From: Octopus vulgaris
Lineage: Eukaryota
Reading direction: 5' to 3'
Length of the DNA stretch: 64,000 nt
NCBI GenBank assembly: GCA_951406725.2
Contig: OX597820.1
Coordinates: forward strand, 46,376,001 to 46,440,000
The position numbers and the translations under genes are program-made. The notes beneath the pieces were generated by a model. That model worked only from the letters and a program-made list of their open reading frames with translations, made no database searches and was not told where the DNA came from. This document shows, one piece after another, positions 14,700 to 27,099 of this stretch; position 1 is the first letter of the stretch, and every line of letters begins with the position of its first letter.

Positions 14700-15172
14700 A
14701 TCTCAGGATCACAAGTGTTTCATCCTTTAGCCTATACATTTCTTCTAAGTGTGCCTACAAAAATGTCCATTTCTGGTCTCCTGTCAAGCACAACCAGCTC
14801 TAGCTGGCCTCACATTCTGTGACTATCACCTTGGCGATTTTTTTCCCCAGAAATTAATTATCTACATGAAATAGCGCACTAATCTTGCTGAGAAAATGCG
14901 GCAGCCAACTTCAGTAAGGGATGAGGCTCCGTGGCACCATTTGATAGGGACCTCATCAACCAAATCCTGATATTTGGTTTTCTTCAGTTCGTGACAAATG
15001 TCCTCTTTGCCCTAGATTTTAAAGTAATTTGGAGTTGGCAACAGGTCAGAAATATCGCACAAGAAAAGGAAAATTTTCCTTGGTCTGTACTCTAGAGTTC
15101 TCTCCAGGTCAGTGGTTGCTGAGTGCTTGATCCTACTATATCCGTTGTCCGTAGCGGGCGAGCCTTGCTACT
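14700..15172 (-). mobile_element. Internally deleted HERO-like non-LTR retrotransposon (restriction-like endonuclease)
   Basis: Minus-strand fragments LTWREL*STDQGK, ISDLLPTPNYFKI*GKEDIC, HELKKTKYQDLVDE and TEVGCRIF match HERO/R2-superfamily C-terminal motifs (YDLLPTP, ExKxxKY, VEVGCRGF). Confidence 0.65.
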
Positions 15173-15179
15173 TCTTCTG

Positions 15180-15284
<105 letters not shown>

Positions 15285-15805
15285 AACAAACAAAAAAAAA
15301 CACACACAATACAAATGAGTAAGAAAGGTTCTGCTATTTTATATTTTACCTCTAGTTTGATATTTTCATGTAATCCTATATGTTTCAGATTTAGAAGGCT
15401 ATCCCAGGAATATGAAATCCTAAATATAGTAAATTATGTAATGAATTTATGGGAGTGCTCCTTTCGATTTAGACCTTCTTTTCCTTTTAAGCCAAGTTAA
15501 AAGCAAAGCTTCAATGCTTCAACGTTACACGAATTTACTAAACCGAAAGATAGTTATTTAAGCAATTACGATGCGCAAGCGAAATAGTGTCTCCTGATAC
15601 ACAACCCTAATATGATGTAGATTTTCTTATGTGGTCTGATGTTGAAAAGGCGACTATATTAATTGAAACTTATTATTTGTATTTAACGACATAAGGTTAA
15701 TGTAGAAAATATTCAAAACGAAAGGTTTCTTTTTAAAGGTTTTTGTTTAAAAATTCCATTTTGTTTAACAGGTATGGTTAATGTGTGTGCGTGTGTGCGT
15801 ATGTG

Positions 15806-15845
<40 letters not shown>

Positions 15846-15907
15846 CGTGTGTGTGTGTGTTTGTGTGTGTGGTTAGTATAATACTCAGTAATAATCTGAT
15901 ATTCGAT

Positions 15908-16320
15908 GGCGGCGAGCTGGCAGAAACGTTACCACGCCGGGCGCAATGTTTAGCGGTATTTCGTCTGCCGTTACGTTCTGAGTTCAAATTCGCCGAGGTC
16001 AAGTTTGCCTTTCATCCTTTCGGAGTCGATAAATTAAGTACCAGTTACGCACTGGGGTCGATATAATCGACTTAATCCGTTTGTCTGTCCTTGTTTGTCC
16101 TCTCTGTGTTTAGCCCCTTTTGGGTAGTAAAGAAATAGGTATTTCGTCTGCCATTACGTTCTGAGTTCAAATTCCGCCGAAGTTGACTTTGCCTTTCATC
16201 CTTTCGGAGTCGATTAAATAAGTACCAGTTACGCACTGGAGTCGATGTAATCGGCTTAGTCCCTTTGCCTGTCCTTGTTTGTCCCTTCTATGTTTTGCCC
16301 CTTGTGGGCAATAAAGAATT
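15908..16320 (+). mobile_element. Dimeric SINE family 2 (Nin-like) with target-site duplication
   Basis: Two tandem units. TSD ataatctgatattcg at 15891-15905 and 16323-16337. Confidence 0.92.
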
Positions 16321-16677
16321 ATATAATCTGATATTCGTTTAATCGAATCTTATTTATGAGAAACATGATAATTAAGCTAATTTATTAGATGATGAGTTTA
16401 ATGCATAGAAATGAATAAATAGAATGGACTGTCTAATAATTGGAACACAGCAAAAACTTAAGTAAAGTTTATTGTTGTCATTCAATTGTATGCAATTTGT
16501 TTCATTCAAAGTGCCTTGGATCGAAGATGTATTCCAAGTGTCAGCTCAACCTTAAACACCCGCTCGTTTCTAAAAGTCAAAAGCAATAAAGCAACACATG
16601 CAGCGCTGTAGACCTTTAATATGCATTTTCACATATACAGATATGTATACAAACATACATACCTATCTATCTATCTA

Positions 16678-16710
<33 letters not shown>

Positions 16711-16717
<7 letters not shown>

Positions 16718-17024
16718 GGGAATAAATCCAAACTTACAGGGAAAAATTAGATTTAGGATTAAATCCAGTTTTATAGTATAAATATATTATATTATATTAA
16801 ATTAGAGATAAAACGCTATTAGGCAAATCAAACAGTGAAAAACATAAGCCAATACATAAAATTAATTTTAAAATATAAAAGTTAAAAATTAAAAAAATTA
16901 TTTAAATAATTTAAACTTATATAATTTTTTAATTTTTAACTTTTATATTTTTAAATTAATTTTATGTATTGGCTTATGTTTTTCACTGATTGATTTGCCT
17001 AATAGTGATTTCATCTCTAATTTA

Positions 17025-17035
<11 letters not shown>
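16711..17035. mobile_element. Foldback Penelope-tail-like element in (TA)n
   Basis: ~110-bp inverted arms (about 16788-16901 / 16921-17035). Shares aatattagggaataaatccaaacttacagggaaaaa and aagccaatacata with the hammerhead-bearing element at 21677-21890. Confidence 0.8.
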
Positions 17036-17080
<45 letters not shown>

Positions 17081-17085
<5 letters not shown>

Positions 17086-17255
17086 TTGTGCATTAAGACT
17101 ACCATTGCTTTCATGTTAGGAAAATATTTTAACAATTTTTCGAGCCGATCACATAGAGAAATTGATGCTCGTCACCATTTCTCTTTGTGATTGGCTTGAA
17201 AACTTAAGATATTTTCTTAACATGAAACCAATGGTAGCCTTAATACACAAATAAA
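17081..17255. mobile_element. Palindromic non-autonomous DNA element
   Basis: Imperfect ~85-bp arms tttatttgtgcattaagactacc... / ...ggtagccttaatacacaaataaa with a short loop. Confidence 0.8.
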
Positions 17256-17427
17256 GAATCTTTAACCATAAACACAGTGTTAAGCACTCATTCACATTGT
17301 TCGACATTTAGTATCTATATCTTGTTGAAGTCATGACTTTATAAACCTTCGATAGAACCTGAATTTTTTTTTTGTGTGTGTGTGTGGGGGGTATTGGTTT
17401 TAGAAGTTCATATAAAGCTATGAATAA

Positions 17428-17772
17428 TAGGAGGAGGAGACGCCCTTTGGTCATGAATGACCATGGGATTGCACCTAGAAAGTTACCCTCCGATGAACAA
17501 GTCAGGGCAAGATTGTTTGTCGAAGGCTAGCTGTCGTCCATGCATACCAGCCTCCCCTCTCCACATCACCGATTTTATCCAAGGGAGCAGCAAAGGCCGA
17601 AACAGGTTGGCACAAGTAATGTCGCAACTCATTTTTCCAGCTGAATTAACTGGAGCAAAGTGAAATAAAGTGTCTTGCTCAAGAACACAACACACAGCCC
17701 GGTCCGGGAATCGAACTCACATCGTCACGATTGTAAGCTCTATGCTCTAACCACTGAGCCATGTGACTTCAC
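17428..17772 (-). mobile_element. SINE group 3, full length
   Basis: A box tggctcagtggttaga, B box gagttcgattccc, and central gttgtgttcttgagcaagacact block. Confidence 0.85.
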
Positions 17773-18481
17773 AAAGCTATAATAGTAGCATAGAAATATT
17801 GGGTGGAAAAATTCCTTCTCGGTAGAATAGGTAGAAGGCTGCCTGTAAGACTCGAACTCACATCTGTAAAAACAAAGGTTAAACAAAAAACAGAATGGAT
17901 GACTGAATACATTAAACATGTTTCACTTGCGTAGTTATTTTATTATCAATGCAAAATATATTGCACAGCACGTTACATAATATTGGGTAAAGTCTGATGA
18001 CGACAGCAAACTGAAACTCGAATTGACTGTCAACCTTTTCATTGTAAAAGTTAGTAAACATGTACTCTACTAAAAAGTACAGGGTAGTCCTTTGGTTTAA
18101 TATGAAATTGTTTTATACGTAACAAAACAACACGGTATAGCAATTATTGACTATTTGGAAACGTTGAGGTAAATAGCCACTGCCTTAAGGCGTTGAGTTC
18201 TCATAAAGTTACTTTTTCGCCCTCCCTCCCCCCACTCTCCCTCTCTTTCTCCATCGCACATACACATACACATACTCACTCACTCTGTCTCCTATTACTT
18301 CTCTCTACCTCTCTAACTCCTATTTCGCTCTCATTGTTATAATTTTCAAAAATGGCATTGCTTCCCTCTGAAAGCTCATAGGAGTTCCTCTCAGCAAAGC
18401 AATCTTTAGAGTCAGTTTTTATCATACCTCTCCCTCGCTCTTGTTCTCCTCCTTGATCGATCCACCAGTCATTCAATCTAT

Positions 18482-18560
<79 letters not shown>

Positions 18561-18686
18561 CCTACCTACCTCTCTCTCTCTATCTATCTTCTGTCTATCT
18601 GTCCTTCCCTTTATCTTTCTATCTTTCCATCTCTTTTTGTTTGCCTAGCTATCTCTCGATCTGTCTGACTGTCTGTCTCCTGTCTG

Positions 18687-18744
<58 letters not shown>

Positions 18745-19268
18745 CAATCATTACATATATATATACAATGGAATTTCTAGTGCCCTTTATCATTTCTTTC
18801 CATTTCTCTTCCGTCAACCATCTTTTGGTATGTTTTGATTTTGATATCATCGTCTGCTGCTTTATCATTTTCCTATATTTTTCCAGTTATCTCCTGTTAA
18901 CTCACTTCTTTCCCGTACAGTCAGTTTCTTTGTAGCTTTTCTTGTCAACCATCTTTCGATATAACTTTTGATATTATCGTCTGCTTTTAACCAAACTTAT
19001 ACATGTATCTCTCTCGATCTTTCCTTCTTTATCACTCTTTTACTCTCTCTCTCCCTCTTTCTCTCATTCATTGTCATCCATATGTAGAACATTTTTGAGC
19101 TTGTATTCTATTTTCTGTAATATATGTTGCATTTTTAAGACTGAGAGCTAATAGTTTTCTTAAGCACGCCGGACAAAATGCTTAGCAGCATTCCTTCTGG
19201 CTTAAAGTTCTGGGTTCAAATGGTGCTGAGGTCGACTTTGCCTTTCAGGCACTGAAGCCGATGAAATC

Positions 19269-19328
<60 letters not shown>

Positions 19329-19599
19329 AAAATTGCTAGTCTTGCACCAAAATTAGAAAGAATTATAGTTTGCTCCTTTCACTTGCTCTCTCTACTTCTC
19401 TCTCTCATTCCTCCGCGTACTCTCTCTCATACATATATTGTTTCCCTCCGGATTTTCTTCCGCAGACAAATTTTTAACGTTTCCTAATATTATTATCTGA
19501 TAGTTCAACTTTTAATTCCTTTTTATATTCGTCTCCCTGGAATTGTAAGTGAAGCCCTTATGATAACTGAAAAATGTGTATCAAACATTTTCTAAATTC

Positions 19600-19966
19600 A
19601 GATGCACATATCTCGACTCAAACAAAACCTTATTAATCGAAATTAAACACCATCAGAATCAACACACTTTTGCCAACGTGAAGCAAGTTTATTTATGCCA
19701 GTAGCGTAAAAATCCTGCGTTCTGGTGGCGATGAAGTTGTTGAAAGCGTGTTTGGCATCGTCTTGGTTTTTTGAAGCATTTCTCACGCAGGAAGTTGTCG
19801 AAAAGTGATAGTCGGTAGGCGAGAGGTCTGGTGAGTATGGCTGATGAGGCAGAGTTTCGTAGCCCAATTCGTTCAACTTCTGTAGGGTCAGTTGTGCGAC
19901 GTGCGGCCGAAAGTTGTCGTGGAGAAGAATTGGTCCTTTTCTACTGACCAATGCTGGCAGTTGCAT
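19600..19966 (-). pseudogene. Mariner transposase C-terminal fragment (cecropia/mellifera-like)
   Basis: RKGPILLHDNFRPHVA...LPHQPYSPDLSPTDYHF...GINKLASRWQKCVDSDG. Confidence 0.92.
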
Positions 19967-20006
19967 TCAAATAACATCCTGATTTTCGTTCTAAGTAAAT
20001 GATATA

Positions 20007-20400
20007 ATGGATAATGTGGTCCCATTTCCGACTTCACTAAGAAGATTGGTCTTGTTCAATGAGGGAGGTGTGATTGCAACATCAACAGCAATAAGAACCG
20101 CAAACCCTCGAGAGACTTCAGATAACCCTTCAATGACAGAGACCACACAACATTTCAACCACAATGTCTTCACAGCACCACCAAAACCATCATGAGAGTA
20201 CTACAGTCACATCGACAGCATTCCAGGTAACCCGACACTTTAAAGGCTTTACTCATCATTGTCTTGTTATAATCGAGCTGTGGGAACAGGAACCAGATCA
20301 ACCTGGGAATGCAACCTCTGATAGATATATTGCTAACCTGTCGAGTAGGAGAGGATATGTACCTCCCATTAGCAACTTATAACTGAAGACGACCATTGCT
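20007..20400 (+). mobile_element. Possible decayed Penelope-like GIY-YIG C-terminal remnant
   Basis: FQVTRHFKGFTHHCLVIIELWE resembles the VxxHF...H...VIxLE pattern of PLE endonucleases. Weak match. Confidence 0.3.
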
Positions 20401-21194
20401 GCTAAGAAAACATTGAAGACTTAGGAGCCATTAGCAGTATATATACATATTGTTTGATGATTGTTGAGTATCCCCAGACAGCCTTCCTTCAGCAAGCATA
20501 TGACTCAAACGTAGCTTCTGATTCAATATTCTAGATATTCCATCGTGTTGTTTGTATTGTTGTTGAGTAGATTTGAGGAAACGTGTAGACATATAAATAG
20601 CTGGCAAAACGTCCTAATATGGTCTACAGACAGTCCAATACAAGACACCTTTAACGTTTTTATTAATCAGTTATAAACACATGATTTATGTATGAGTTAA
20701 CGATTATATACATGCTTATTGTAAACGTGATGTTCTTAGAAATAAGAGAAGTACAAGACAGATAAAGCGATTTATTAAAACTTACAATATCCTCTTTTGT
20801 TTCTAACAGTGAGTCGGAGCCCTTAAAATCGTAGGTCTGTGCCAACTACTCTCTCCTGCCAACAGATACAGCAATCTGGATATTTCCATGATGCTGGTGC
20901 TGTTGTTTTGTACCCCTGTTGGTCAAGCGACCATATACAAGTATTCTCTCTCTCTCTCTCCCTCTTTCACTCTCTCTCTATCTATCTCTCTTCCTCTCTC
21001 TCTCTCTTTATCTCTCTCTCTCACACACAAGGGGTGCAGTGTATTTTTTTCACTATTCAATATGATACGGCATACCTGTTTATGTTGGTGGCGAATACAG
21101 AAAGACAGACAAAAATGACTATTCTACTGCACATGCCTGGGGAATAATGAGGATATTGAGGTTACTATGTACGTATGTTTGTATGTATGTATAT

Positions 21195-21408
21195 ATTCTT
21201 TTATTCTTTTACTTGCTTCAGTTATTTGATTGCGGCTATGCTGGAGCACTGCCTTTAGTCGAGCAAATCATCCCCAAGACTTATTCTTTGTAAGCGTAAT
21301 ACTTATTCTATCGGTCTCTTTTGCCGAACCGCTAAGTTACGGGAACGTAAACACACCAACATCCTTTGTCAAGCGATGGTGAGGGAATAGACACACAAAT
21401 ACATATAT

Positions 21409-21486
<78 letters not shown>

Positions 21487-21636
21487 GCGATGGCTTTCAG
21501 TTTACGTCTACCAAATCCACTCACAGGGCTATAGTAGAAAACTGAACCCGGAACTCACAAGGTTTTAGAAGTGGGACTGAACCGGGAACCATGTGGTTGG
21601 GAAGTAAGCTTCTTACCACACAGCCACTCCTGCGCC

Positions 21637-21638
<2 letters not shown>
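21195..21638 (-). mobile_element. SINE family 1, full length
   Basis: Matches family head and tail. Confidence 0.88.
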
Positions 21639-21678
<40 letters not shown>

Positions 21679-21762
21679 GAAAAACTTAAGCCAATACATA
21701 ATATTATTTAATTTATATTATTTAAAAATATAACAAAATTATTAAAAAATATAATTAATATT

Positions 21763-21828
21763 ACACTACGATCGTTTCATGCCTGCTAACTTCTTCAAAT
21801 TTTTGAGTCGCAGTCATTCATCAGGTGG
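21763..21828 (-). ncRNA. Minimal type I hammerhead ribozyme motif
   Basis: Minus strand: ccac CUGAUGA augacugc...gcaggcau GAAAC gauc GUA gugu. Intact core, 7/8-bp stem II, palindromic loop III. Confidence 0.75.
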
Positions 21829-21887
21829 TTTAAATATTTATCTTGGCGAGGTTTTTCCCTGTAAGTTTGGATTTATTCCCTAATATT

Positions 21888-21962
<75 letters not shown>

Positions 21963-22039
21963 TATTTACAGATATATATATATAGATATGTATGTCTGTG
22001 TGTAAGTGTGTGCGCGTGTTTCGTTTTATTGCTGTTGGG

Positions 22040-22886
22040 ACTCAGTGAGAGTGATGGCGTTCTTGGGTATCGGGCTTCGTAGATGTTTATGTTCAGACTT
22101 GGAGCGATATTATTTCTAAAAAGATGCTGTAATAATTTTCTTATTCGTTATGGAATACTGTAGATGTGTCTGAATCGAGTCGGAAGACAAGTGCTTTCAG
22201 GATTGGGTTGTAATAATATTCTAGATTGTTCTGGACCATTGTAAGTGTGTTTGGATTGTGTAGTCAGGCTGATGTTCTTAGGAGTGCATTGCAGTGGTGT
22301 TTCGGATGTTCTGGAGTGCTGGTGAGCCGGCTAGTGAACTTGAAATGATACTGCAGTAGAGTTCTGGATTATTCTAGAGTATTATAGATGTCTTGATTGA
22401 GCAGTACACCCCGTGTTCTTTGGATTGTATTGTTCTGGGTGTTCTGAAGTGTAGGAAATATGTCTGGATTGAATAAATGGGATAGTTACTTAGAATGATA
22501 CTTTAATACTGTTCTGGATAGTTCTTGAGTAATTGCAAATACAGGGTAGGCCAAAAGTCACGAAAAAATAAGCTCAATACACTATGGAATTGTCAAAAGA
22601 CATGCTTCAATTTTTCTAACTTTTGAATAAAATAAATATAATAATGATGAATACACACATAATTGTACAAATTGGACAAAATGAATAATAATACTTTCTG
22701 TTATAGGCCAGAAGATTTGTGGGAGGGAACTAGTCGATTACACCGACCCCGGGATTTTATTGATACTTAATTTATCGACCCCGAAAGATGAACTCGGCGG
22801 AATTTGAACTCAGAACTTAGCAACGGTTGAAATACTGCTAAGCTTTTCGTCCAGCGTGCTAACGACTCTGCCAGCCAGCTGTCTTT

Positions 22887-22974
<88 letters not shown>

Positions 22975-23330
22975 TGATGATGATGATGATAATGTAATAT
23001 AATACCAACTGTTTAGATGCGTGGCTTTTGGCCCACCCTGTAGAGCTGTATTCATTGAATTGAATTGCTAATATTTTTAGGATCGAGGCGAAGATTGTTC
23101 TAGATTCTTGTGGACTGTTTTAGACGTGCTCTAGTTGTGCAGAAAAAAAAGATGTTCCTATGATGGTGTAGTAGTGTTATGAATTGTTATAAATATGCCT
23201 GAAATGAGTGACTGCTTTTTTGGAGTGTTGTCGTAATGCTTACAGTTGTAAATGAGTGTGATGCACTGGCAGGTACTGTGTTCTTTGGATGACGTAGATG
23301 TAGGATTCTGAGATATTCTATATGCGTTTT
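22040..23330 (+). repeat. Ancient degenerate G/T-rich minisatellite
   Basis: Recurring gttctgga...tgtagatgtgtctggattg-like units, interrupted by a MITE. Confidence 0.5.
22542..23040. mobile_element. Tc1/mariner MITE with nested family 2 SINE and (TAA)n
   Basis: TA|cagggtaggccaaaagtcacg ... cgtggcttttggcccaccctg|TA. Duplicate at 31852-32350. Confidence 0.88.
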
Positions 23331-23746
23331 TGCTTCTTCACTAGGGTGGGGTGTCTTGTTCATGGGATGGTGTTAACAGAGCTTAACTATGCTGTTTATT
23401 ATTGGCAACAGAAATACATTTTGCGGAGATGCTTTTCAGGATTGCTTTTAACTATTTATACGTTGAGAACATTGTGTAAAGTTAGACTCTGTTTTTAAGG
23501 ATTCTTTTGATCATCCAAAACTATTAAAGCTAAAGGCCTATATTTAGAAGATGCTACTAAATATACTGCTATACTATTTCAGTCTATTTAACGTTGTTTT
23601 GGGGGGGGGGGTTTCTTGTTTGTTTTTTTGCTGTTTATAATACCTTGCAGTTATTTTTGTTATTTTTAAACAAATGAAAATTAGCAAACAATATATAAGT
23701 TTAGATTGTATAGGCGCATATACATATTACTGTATATAAATGAACA

Positions 23747-23827
<81 letters not shown>

Positions 23828-23831
23828 TGAT

Positions 23832-23878
<47 letters not shown>

Positions 23879-23950
23879 TGGTAGGTAGGTAGGTAGGTAG
23901 GTAGGTAGGTAGGTAGGTAGGTAGAAAGACAGACAGACAGACAGCCAGAC

Positions 23951-24015
<65 letters not shown>

Positions 24016-24118
24016 TACATACATATACATACACTAACTTACACACATATATGTACAATTTATACGTGTGCACGCGCATGTCTATGTGTCTGTAGGTTTG
24101 TATATATTTGTGTATACA

Positions 24119-25188
24119 AACACATACACACACATGCACATACACACTAGTTATATATTGCTAACGTTTAGCCCCAGGTTCGCCTGTATATGCGTATAAT
24201 TATGATCAAAGGTGTGTCAGTCGTATTGTCTGGATTTTGTTTAAAGTATAATGCTTCCATGATTACATTATTCTCTGTTTATAAAGCAGATTAAGTCTGC
24301 AAAGAAATTTGGCTGCTATTTCTAGCAAATCAAGCCACTAAAATATAATGTATACGATGTACTTTTGTGATCAAATTTCTGGACAACTTATTCGTACAAT
24401 TGTTTTTTGTTGGCCTCGTGCTGCTTCTTACTGAATAATTATTTTTGAAATCATCTGCAAATGATATTTTCTTATTCCCTAACTCGTGTTAGTTTTGTAT
24501 TGATATTTTGTTTCCATTAAAATAGATCATTAGAAAACCAAAACAAAAAAGTAATAAACATCGGTTATATGTGAGAAATATACATATTTTGTTACTTCAT
24601 ACTCAATTGCTGATCTGTATTGAGACAAGATTACGCCGTTTTGGTGGGCATATATTTTGCTTAACAGCATTCAGACAAGATCAGCCATAGGTTTGTATAT
24701 ATTATCGTTTGTATACATGAACACATACACACACATGCACATACACACTAGTTATATATTGCTAACGTTTAGCCCCAGGTTCGCCTGTATATGCGTATAA
24801 TTATGATCAAAGGTGTGTCAGTCGTATTGTCTGGATTTTGTTTAAAGTATAATGCTTCCATGATTACATTATTCTCTGTTTATAAAGCAGATTAAGTCTG
24901 CAAAGAAATTTGGCTGCTATTTCTAGCAAATCAAGCCACTAAAATATAATGTATACGATGTACTTTTGTGATCAAATTTCTGGACAACTTATTCGTACAA
25001 TTGTTTTTTGTTGGCCTCGTGCTGCTTCTTACTGAATAATTATTTTTGAAATCATCTGCAAATGATATTTTCTTATTCCCTAACTCGTGTTAGTTTTGTA
25101 TTGATATTTTGTTTCCATTAAAATAGATCATTAGAAAACCAAAACAAAAAAGTAATGCAAACATCGGTTATATGTGAGAAATATACAT
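24119..25188 (+). repeat. ~470-bp direct duplication present only in the first copy of the 9-kb segment
   Basis: 24119-24586 is repeated at 24720-25188. Single copy at about 33466-33931. Confidence 0.9.
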
Positions 25189-25417
25189 AATTTCCAAAAA
25201 TTGACGTAGCTATTTGGAAAGGAAATTATTCCCCTTAATTAGAGATATTTCTATGTGATTCTGAAGAAGCAATTTCTGAGAAAAAAAGTGCCCTATGTCA
25301 TACAATAAAACCCAGTATGAAATTGTTGGAAGATCATAAAATAAACAGTATATAATGGCATGAAAACAGACGCGAACAAGTAGAAAATTTACATGCGTAT
25401 GTATATATGTACGTATA

Positions 25418-25463
<46 letters not shown>

Positions 25464-25792
25464 CATGCATACATGCATACATACATACATACATACATAC
25501 ATACATACATACATACATACATACATACATACATACACACAAAAGCTTCTATACAAGCTCCATCTGCCAAATTCACTTGCAAGACACAGCTTGGTCCGCA
25601 GCTATAGCTGAAAACAATTATCCAAAGTGTCTCGCAGTGGCACTGGACCCAAATCCACGTACTTTCAAAGCGTGTTTCATAACCACACAGCCATGTAAGA
25701 AGCGGTTTTATCTTAGACAATACCATAGCATCATCATACCTTCTAACGATGTGTATACATCTACTGTAAGAAACAAATAGCGATATACATAC

Positions 25793-25876
<84 letters not shown>

Positions 25877-25880
<4 letters not shown>

Positions 25881-26103
25881 TGTTGTTACACATTGCTGGT
25901 CACAATGCACTTTGCATCGCTTTAGCTTTCAAATGACGCCACCTCGCTGGTTAGGAGACTAAACCAACATAACTCCCTGATCGAAAGGTGAACTAGAGCA
26001 ACGTGAAATAGAGTCTTTTGCTCAAGAACACAACGCGCCGCCCGGTCTGGGAGTAGAACCCACGATCTAGCGATCGTGAGTACAACAGTGTAACCACTAG
26101 TTC
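25877..26103 (-). mobile_element. SINE group 3
   Basis: tRNA head plus gttgtgttcttgagcaa block. Duplicate at about 34716-34945. Confidence 0.75.
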
Positions 26104-26517
26104 ACACACACACACACGCATACACACACACTCACACATATATAAAATATATATGCATGTGAGTATGGACGTATGTGTGTGTGTGTCGGTGTGTGTCGGT
26201 GTGCACGAGCACGTGTAGATGTGTCTTAAGGCAAATTAAGCAGTCTTTGTAATTGTATGTTACTGATATATGTTATCTGATACGAGGATTGTACATTGAA
26301 TGCTGTGTCATATGTAATTGTATCTGTTACTGATATATGTCATATGATACGAGGATTGTACATATGAATGCTGTGTCATATTCAGCAATAGATTGAAACC
26401 AGTGCGATGATTTGACATCTGTTTCAGCCAACTGGGTGAATCGAAGTATTTTAAAATAACCTGTACCTCAAAATGTGCCGATACTCTGCAGCGTACTGTC
26501 TCGACAATTTTTACATA

Positions 26518-26684
26518 TAGGCGTAAGAGTGGCTGTGTGGTAAGTAGCTTGCTTACCAGCCACATGGTTCAGGGTTCAGTCCCAATGCGAGCCAACTTGG
26601 GCAAGTGTCTTCTACTATAGCCTTGGGCCGACCAAAGCCTTGTGAGTGGATTTGGTAGACAGAAACTGAAAGAAGCCCTTCGTA

Positions 26685-26749
<65 letters not shown>

Positions 26750-27005
26750 ATGCATGTATGTATGTATGTTTGTGTGTGCATATGTTGGTGTATCTGCGTT
26801 TGCCCCCCTCCCCCAACATCGCTTGACAACCGATGCTGGTGTGTTTACGTCCCCGTAACTTAGCGGTTCGGCAAAAGAGACCGATAGAATAAGTACTAGG
26901 CTTACAAAGAATAAGCCCTGCGGTCGATTTGCTCGACTAAAGACGGTGCTTCAGCATGGCTACAGTCAAATGACTGAAACAAGTAAAAGAGAGTAAAGAG
27001 AAAGA
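26518..27005 (+). mobile_element. SINE family 1, full length
   Basis: ggcgtaagagtggctgtgtggtaag...gactgaaacaagtaaaagag. Duplicate at 35364-35862. Confidence 0.92.
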
Positions 27006-27061
27006 TATAGCAACATACATACTCACGCACGGAATCGCGCGCGCACACACACGCATACACA

Positions 27062-27099
<38 letters not shown>

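Noticed and set aside
17690-17772. tRNA gene
   Set aside because: The A/B boxes belong to a SINE head; no complete cloverleaf or acceptor stem.
17990-18030. ctgatga...gaaac motif
   Set aside because: Stems II and III cannot be formed in register.
26248-26380. ~65-bp two-unit tandem repeat (also at about 35094-35226)
   Set aside because: Ordinary local slippage duplication.
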